Program-made: the position numbers and the translations under genes
The notes under the pieces: model-generated
The model's input: the letters and a program-made list of their open reading frames with translations, nothing else
Database searches by the model: none
Told to the model about the DNA's origin: nothing
Source: Octopus vulgaris
Lineage: Eukaryota
DNA length: 64,000 nucleotides
Reading direction: 5' to 3'
NCBI GenBank assembly: GCA_951406725.2
Contig: OX597814.1
Location: 47,616,001-47,680,000, forward strand
Shown: positions 56,566-64,000 of the stretch, one piece after another
How the letters are laid out: each line of letters opens with the position of its first letter
Numbering within the stretch: position 1 is the stretch's first letter

Positions 56566-56621
<56 letters not shown>

Positions 56622-56693
56622 AAATGAGATAACAAAGCCAAGGCTGTAGGGAGTTTTCAGGACATTTATAAGGAAAAAAAAGGTATACATATA

Positions 56694-56741
56694 GTCTTAC
56701 AGCTGTTTCTGGGATATTATGGATATCACTTCATCAGAGAC
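56694..56741 (-). ncRNA. Type I hammerhead ribozyme with intact core
   Basis: GTCT-CTGATGA-A-GTGATAT-ccata-ATATCCC-A-GAAAC-AGCT-GTA-AGAC; stem I GTCT/AGAC and palindromic stem III ACAGCTGT. Confidence 0.8.
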
Positions 56742-57000
56742 GGTGTGGGAAGGTTAAATAGAGGTAAATATTATTATAGAAAAGGAGATAGGGAATATAG
56801 AGGGAAAGAAGAGAATGAGAGTAGAAATAAAATATATATTATAGTTACAGTTCCATTATTCGAGGAAAGCGGTGAATAGAAGTGGTAAAAAAGTTTCCTT
56901 TACATGATATGTAAGTTCCAATAGTAATTCATGTTTAGTCATTTTAAAGTATGGAGCCATGGATTCTGTGTTGCTTATTCGAAAGGGTTTTGTGGTTATA

Positions 57001-58713
57001 TCTCTCTATATATAAAACTGAGAATGAGTGTCTGTCTGTCTGTCTGTCTGTGTGTTTCCCTAAAACTTGAGAACTACACAACCAATTTCATTCAAATTTT
57101 ACACATGCCTTATTTAGGGTCCGGAGAGTGTCATCGGCAAAAAAATTTTGAACTTTTTGCCTAGGGTGAGCCCACAGCAATATCATATCTTCTCCACTAA
57201 GATTCCCTAAAACTTGAGAACTCCACAACCAATCCCATTCAAATTTTACACATGCCTTACTTAGGGTCCATGTAGTTTCATGGAGAAAAAAATGTTCAAC
57301 TTCTTGCCTAGAGCGAGCCCATAGCAATATCATATCTTCTCCACTATTTCAGTATTACGTGTTAAAAGTGAAACAAAAACATTTCTCTATTTTATGTCAG
57401 ATACTTTCACTTTAACAATAAAAATTAGAGATAATAATAACAATTGAATTATATGTAGTAAGTAATAATTAAAATCAAACTAAAGTATAATATAATCGTA
57501 ACATAACAAAAGTAAAAATAGCAAAAAAGTGGTTTCACATGAATGGGAATAAATTGAAAATAAAATTAGTGTGCAGAAATGGAATAGTCCAGATGGAGCT
57601 GTGCACATACCGTTTACCATGGCTTTTACATTAGATTATCTGCTAATTAGCTAGCATTAAGTATCTATATGAAGTTTGGCTGTATGTAATGTCTGTTTTC
57701 TCGAACAACCTCTTCTACTGAGTACTGCTTTTGATTTATTTCTTATACATAGAGGACTATAGCTTCAACTGCGTACTGCTTTTTGATTCACTGTAAGGTT
57801 TGTTGTTATTATTATAACTGTTTAACTATTGTTATCACGTTTGTTGGTTCCTCGTAAGGGAAACGTTGTTGTGTTGCATTTGTTAAATAATTGTAAACTG
57901 TAACCCTCCCCCTTTGGGAGAAGGAGCTTTGGCTATTATTTAAAAATTAAATTGTGTCCCTGTTTGGAGAAATTGACAATATTTTCACCGTTTATACGGA
58001 AGCATTTTTGTTAGAATGCCTTCGATAGAAGAAAGTCCAAAAATGAATTTCGCTGCAGCCGTCGGCGGGCGCGAACTCATTAAAATTAAAATGGAAGAAA
58101 TACAAACCTATTTCGGATTGATCACTGACAAAGACGGTGAATCTAGGATAACACCACCAAACGAAATAATAAATTAAAGAAAAGAAAAGACTATTGTCTA
58201 TAAAGTATACAATGTAGAGAAAAAAAAAAGATTTGAACATCTGGAGGAAAGCACCATCGAAAAGTGTCTTGGTGCGACTATGAAAGATATCTAACCAGAG
58301 GCGGTAAATTCGCCACAATAGAAGCAAGGTTCGAGTCAACGGAGCGTGCAAGGGAGTACTCGACTCGAAACTTGCGAAGTGGAAATATTTTATTTTTACC
58401 TTTATATCTGGGACGTAGGACGTCCCGGATAAAAATTAAAAATGTCCCACCCCCAGAAGTAGTTGTAGGCTGGATTGTAGCCACACTTCTATACAAGAGG
58501 GAGAACAAGATACAATTGATCGAAATTGCAAGAGACGGGCCTACAATTCCAGTCTGTTATATATTTTGAGTATTGTTATCACTAACGATATCAAGATATA
58601 ACTTTGTATTTTGTATTTTCTGTGTAGATGTATATATATAGATGTGCATGTAATATGTACACATATAGACATGCAGTAGCGCTATGACCCGACAACGACG
58701 GGTCATAATGGTA

Positions 58714-58714
<1 letters not shown>
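57001..58714 (+). mobile_element. Non-autonomous Helitron-like element with internal ~145-bp tandem duplication
   Basis: 5' A|TCTCTCTATATATAAA then (GTCT)n; duplicated units at 57056-57199 and 57203-57346; 3' hairpin TATGACCCG..CGGGTCATA (58683-58707) then GTAG|T. Pairing of the two ends is inferred. Confidence 0.6.
57840..58550 (+). pseudogene. Probable non-LTR retrotransposon ORF1 fragment (Tx1-like)
   Basis: RYLTRGGKFATIEARFESTERAREYS..LFLPLYLGRRTSRIKIKNVPPPEV is protein-like with a V(K/R)IxNVPPE-type ORF1 motif. The assignment is tentative. Confidence 0.4.
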
Positions 58715-58758
<44 letters not shown>

Positions 58759-58768
58759 ATATACATAT

Positions 58769-58824
<56 letters not shown>

Positions 58825-59022
58825 TATATATATATATATTAGATATATACATACATACATATACACACACATATATATGAACACACATATTTATATATAT
58901 ATATTTATCATCTATCTATCTATCTATCTTTCTATATATTTTTACTTCGTATGTTAATCTTTTTCTCTACTTCGCCATTTTGAATTGACATTTCCATTCA
59001 TCACAGAGACTAGTACTCATTA

Positions 59023-59400
<378 letters not shown>

Positions 59401-59590
59401 AACATGACATACAAATCTGCATTTGTATATATATGTATGTCTTGTTTGCGACATATATACATACATAGATGCATACATATATACAAAAAATACCCCGTTG
59501 ATGTTGAAATTCCAATGAAAGAGCCTTGGATCTAGGTTAGAAGTCGTTTCTTTCTCTATTGGCAAGAAATCTTGAAATAAAACTGAATAA

Positions 59591-59625
<35 letters not shown>

Positions 59626-59630
59626 CAACT

Positions 59631-59673
59631 GTCGTACTGATGACGGCTATGGGGCCTAAAAAATGTCAACGAC
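59631..59673 (+). ncRNA. Degenerate hammerhead-like motif
   Basis: GTCGT-a-CTGATGA-c-GGC-tatggg-GCC-taaaaaat-GTC-a-ACGAC; stems I and II are present but GAAA is lost. Confidence 0.4.
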
Positions 59674-60479
59674 TGTCCTCTTACCGCCAAACAACATATC
59701 TGTCCTTTTCCTTAATGGCATATCAACATATATGGAATTGTTGATTCTGGAGATTATCTCCCCACCTCAACTACCATTCAGTAACTGATGCATCCCCTAG
59801 TGGCAGAGATATATTTTAATAAATTACGAGTATGAGTTGCATACTATTTGATATATTATACAACCATATATGTCTATGTTGTTCATAAATATATACCACG
59901 GCAAAATTAATACTATGAGTAAAGTTACCTCAATTCAAACAAGTTACCAACCATACTTTAAAAGCAATAACGAAAACCCTAAGATAAGAATGAAATACTA
60001 ATTAAATCTAATCATTAAAAATTATAAACAAAGATATATTAACTCAAAGTGAGTGCAAAAAAATACTATTACAGTCAACAGGCTGTGCTTATATTACATT
60101 GCCATCAAATTTTCACAATTAGTCTTGCAAGTTGTTAGCTTTGTGTAAAGTTAAGGAAGTTATTAAAAATTGTGTAATATATATATAAAATTATAGTAAA
60201 ATAATATCCTAAATCTAAGTGGGTGCAACCATATAATTTCGTATACCGATAGTATATACGGATAGTTTATCCCTTAGTCGGTTATTATAACCGCTAACTC
60301 TCTTTACACTACATATATATAAATATAAACATATATTCAAAGAAGGTTGTGTAAGGTCGGAACAATGCGAGAAGGTAGAGCATAAACTACAAAAGGAAAA
60401 GAAAACAAAGGAAAATTGCAGTTTTCGTATGTACTTCCACCAAAACTACCTCATAAATACATACACACACACACACATA

Positions 60480-60685
60480 TTGATTCGCTAGCTTCTGCAC
60501 GCATTTTTTTTCTCTCCTTGTTTCTCTCCGTGTTTCTCTTCTGTGTATCTTTCTGTTGAAGAGCGTAGGCTCGAAACGTAAAAGACTTGTTTTATTTATA
60601 TTCCTGAGCGCCATACTAATACAATTGTTTGTTTGTATTCCACCTGCCTTCGTCTTTTGTTTATTTTCATAAAGCTTCCCGTTAC
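60480..60685 (+). mobile_element. Solo Penelope pLTR with hammerhead-like motif at 60548-60585
   Basis: TCTTT-CTGTTGA-A-GAGC-gtag-GCTC-GAAA-CGTA-AAAGA; nearly the reverse complement of 55110-55265. Confidence 0.8.
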
Positions 60686-60791
60686 ATATATATATATATA
60701 TCTAAAATCATAGGGAATAATAAGTATTCCAGGTTATCAGGACATTTACTCTTTTACACTTTACTAAAGCAATGTAAACTGTATTTTTTTA

Positions 60792-61682
60792 ATAATATTA
60801 CAAATTTGGGATTTTACCAATAGAACCGCAACTCCTATTTCAGGATAACCATATTGTATGGAATACACATAGAAAGTTATATCCAATAAAATAATATAAG
60901 CATTAAAAAAAAACCTACTATAAAATAGAATAAAATTATTTGAAAAAATCCATATAACTTACCTGTTATTAGTCTGTGGGGAAAGAAGATATTTTAATCA
61001 ACGCTACACGTATTTCTGCGCTGGTGGGGAGTTTAAAGAGGCTATACCTACGAGCTGGCAGAAACGTTAGCGCGCCGGGCAAAATGCTTAGCTGTATTTC
61101 GTCTGTCGTTACGTTCTGAGTTCAAATTCCGCCGAGGTCGACTTTGCCTTTCATCCTTTCGGGGTCGATAAATAAAGTACCAGTTTCGCACTGGGGTCGA
61201 TGTAATCGACATAATCCCTTTGTCTGTCCTTGTTTGCCCCCTCTATGTTTAGCCCCTTGTGGGCAGTAAAGATATATATACCTAATACATAAACCCACCA
61301 GTGCGTCCTCAGGCTATTTATCTTATTGTTAATATTATTAACGGATCAAAGTTAAAAATACATAAGTCATTTTAAATAGAAAAATAAGAATATCAATACA
61401 AATATAATAAAATAAAAATATAATAAAAATATATGAATTACAAATATTTTTTTCAAATTAAAACATTAAATAAATAAAAAAAAACAGACTTATAGCAGGT
61501 AAGTTATAAAGATTTTTCTCAAATATTTTTTCAAATAATTTTATTGTATTTTATAGTAGGTTTTTTTAAAATACTTATATTATTTTATTGGATTTAACTT
61601 TCTATGTGCATTCCATACAATTAGGTTATCCTGAAATAGGAGTTGCGGTTCTATTGGTAAAATTCCAAATTTGTAATATTAT
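60792..61682. repeat. Inverted repeat (arms 60792-60977 and 61484-61682) enclosing a SINE-interrupted hammerhead (61001-61318, -)
   Basis: The arms align as reverse complements. The - strand reads GC-CTGAGGA-C-GCACTGGTGGG..[SINE]..CCCACCAGCGC-A-GAAAT-ACGT-GTA-GC. Confidence 0.8.
61051..61272 (+). mobile_element. SINE family A (young), 8-bp TSD
   Basis: TSD tataccta at 61043-61050 and 61277-61284. Confidence 0.92.
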
Positions 61683-61691
61683 GAAGAATGA

Positions 61692-62026
61692 AGGCTCTGA
61701 ATTACTGTCCGTTTTTCCGTGTTTGTCAATTCGTGAATTTCACGTTCTTTATATATAAGTTTTATTCTATATTATCGCAGCGCACGTGCACCAATCCATT
61801 TATGTTTGCCATATCTCCACTATTGCACGATGTCTTCAACTTTAAACTCCCCTTTCATCATCCGCCATTGCTTCTTCCTCAAGGAATTTTGGCGCTTCTT
61901 TACCAAGTTATTTTGGCGCCCCTTCCTCTCACCCTCTTTAATTCTTTCTTTCTCTAGGCTCTGAATTACTGTCCGTTTTTCCGTGTTTGTCAATTCGTGA
62001 ATTTCACGTTCTTTATATATAAGTTT

Positions 62027-62030
<4 letters not shown>
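61692..62030. repeat. 75-bp direct repeats (61692-61766 and 61956-62030) flanking ~190 bp
   Basis: aggctctgaattactgtccg...atatataagttttatt is identical in both copies. Confidence 0.9.
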
Positions 62031-62076
<46 letters not shown>

Positions 62077-62121
62077 GTACATACATACATACATACATAC
62101 ATACATACATACATACATACA

Positions 62122-62178
62122 TCAAGTGTAACTGCCCGAAATGGTCGTGACTTCTGGGACTTGACTGATGAAAGACAG
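62122..62178 (+). ncRNA. Second candidate rearranged hammerhead, truncated at the predicted cleavage site
   Basis: TCAAGT-gtaa-CTGCCC-GAAA-tggtcgtgacttctggg-ACTTGA-CTGATGA-aaGACAG; same layout as 17557-17622. Confidence 0.5.
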
Positions 62179-62280
62179 CCAAGACTGACCCGCCTTTTTT
62201 TGCCTGTTCTAATTGTTGTTTATCTTTTCCGCCTATGTATCATCTATCTGTACGAACGTTTGTTATTGCGTTTTTGTTCC

Positions 62281-62345
<65 letters not shown>

Positions 62346-62445
62346 TAATAATAGGGTAAAATTAATTAATTAATTAATTAATAATTAATAATTTTACCAA
62401 GTAGAACGGTACGTTAAAATAACATTTTTAGGTAAAATTATGCAA

Positions 62446-62806
62446 ATATTCTATCATCCTAAGCATAATTATAATTAGGGGTTAGCTACTTGCTTCACTA
62501 CGCACAGAATTTAGAAATAGGAACTAAATTCCTTTTCTGCTACCGTAAAAATCTCCCACACAGTAACACACTTTTTGGGAGCACTGAAGATGAGAAATAA
62601 GTCAGTAAATATAATTTTATTTTAATCTCGAAACGCGTATGTAGCTAATCTGACTTGCGTGGATTCGTTATTTTTTCTTTTTTGCCTACGTAAAAAAGTG
62701 TGTTACTGTCTGGGAGAAAAGGAATTTAGTTCCTATTTCTAAATTCGGTGCGTGGTGAAGCAATTTACTGACCCGTAATTATAATTATGTTTATAATTAT
62801 AGAATA

Positions 62807-62808
<2 letters not shown>
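62446..62808. repeat. Inverted repeat (arms about 62446-62576 and 62692-62808) enclosing an intact-core hammerhead
   Basis: The arms align as reverse complements (e.g. gaatttagaaataggaactaaattccttttct / agaaaaggaatttagttcctatttctaaattc). Confidence 0.88.
62581..62656 (+). ncRNA. Type I hammerhead ribozyme with possible loop II pseudoknot
   Basis: GCA-CTGAAGA-T-GAGA..TCTC-GAAAC-GC-GTA-TGT; loop II AAGTCAG (62599-62605) is complementary to CTGACTT (62650-62656). Confidence 0.78.
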
Positions 62809-62865
<57 letters not shown>

Positions 62866-62933
62866 TATTGTTCAGTTTGGTTAGAGAAAAAGGTAAATAA
62901 AAATTAAGGGGGAGATAAGTCAACTTTTTATAC

Positions 62934-63142
62934 CTGTTACACAACATAAATACTGGCGAAATATGACTTCTCTCAAAAAATGTACGGTAGTGAACAGATT
63001 TGCTTGCAGTGTCATATTTTTCCATCAGAAACATCATCATGTGTAGTAAGACTCCATGGTGAATTACAATTTTCACTGGTGTACATATTCATAATAAGTC
63101 GATACCGTGCCAACCACTGGTGAATGTTGTCTTCAGCTTTTC
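62934..63142 (-). CDS. Candidate coding exon with one apparent frameshift in an A5 run (pseudo-exon or assembly error)
   Basis: Splice sites caatttag| and |gtataa. Two overlapping ORFs join into xKAEDNIHQWLARYRLIMNMYTSENCNSPWSLTTHDDVSDGKYDTASKSVHYRTFFERSHISPVFMLCN if one base at 63017-63021 is removed. Confidence 0.35.
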
Positions 63143-63246
63143 CTAAATTGAATGATAGTCCACAATTTCTGTAAGATTGATTCGTTCCTTTGCTTCTTTT
63201 ACTACTTATCTCCCCTTTAATTTTCATTTACTTTCTTTATCTAACC

Positions 63247-63318
<72 letters not shown>

Positions 63319-64000
63319 TATATATATACGTAAATATGAAAATTATATATATATATATATATATACATGTATACTCGCATATCTACATTCATACATGCAC
63401 ATAGATTGCTTACATATATAGTACGATGCTCTTGCCATAACAATATGCTTATATTGTTAAAGCAAAAGCATGTTTACGCGCGCATACACACACACGCGCA
63501 TACACAGAGACACTCACAATAAACACATAACATGCCCATACACATATTCATAGAAATGTGTTAATACACATCTATGCAGACACCCGCGCGAGCAACCACA
63601 AATAACACTGCCTCACAGCATTAAAAACCATAATAAATTCTTTGAAAAAAAAAAAATCAAAAATATTCGTGTAGAAATAATCGTTTGTATAACGTAACTA
63701 TCTGGAAGATGGTTTGTGAGATGTCAAAGTCTATTACATTGTGAATATAATCAATAAGGAACATAGTTTTTGCTGTATTTATTGTTTTTTTGAAAATATA
63801 ATTAATATGAAATAAAAGAGCTTCCAAGCGACTTTCATATCGAACTTCCACCATGTTATATCACCAACATTCTCATTCTCATCATTATCGCCATCATATC
63901 ATTTCTCATGATCATCATTCGTGTCATCGTCAGTCTCATTATCATCACCACTGGTCCTCTCCTCCCCTTCTCCTCGCCTCCTCCACCCCTTCCTTCTCAA

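Larger units (their letters stand above)
55090..56568 (-). mobile_element. 5'-truncated Penelope-like element (Neptune-like GIY-YIG C-terminus, ~550-nt pyrimidine tract, pLTR), interrupted by a SINE
   Basis: LADRFAEHLRDIRLANDTPVSRHFRSTGHSLQHLSVFGL..RLRREQGLIFSLRSFTPFGLN. The pLTR is the reverse complement of 60480-60685. Both ends abut (TA)n. Confidence 0.88.

Overview
AT-rich eukaryotic (animal) genomic DNA, not prokaryotic. It is saturated with (TA)n/(CA)n/(GA)n/(TATG)n/(TATC)n microsatellites and tRNA-derived SINEs, a landscape that looks like an octopus/cephalopod genome (inference from repeat content). I find no confidently identifiable intact host gene, only a few candidate minus-strand exons; almost all ORF-track entries are microsatellite or transposon artefacts. 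Decayed mobile elements include a pogo/Tigger transposase, a complete Ginger1-type element (CCGG TSD), a maT/DD37D mariner derivative, Merlin-like, hAT-like, MULE-like and Helitron-like non-autonomous elements, a Chapaev-like fragment, CR1, RTE, L1/Tx1 and RLE-type LINE pieces, and Penelope-like (GIY-YIG) 3' ends. The main signal not visible in the ORF track is a dense set of hammerhead-ribozyme-like motifs (about 17 by eye, of varying integrity), mostly next to microsatellites. They include four fold-back cassettes, a family with a fixed CUGU(U/A)GA core variant, and two related copies whose hammerhead strands appear in reversed, non-circularly permuted order with a compensatory change in stem I. 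All structure calls were made by eye and need computational and biochemical checks.
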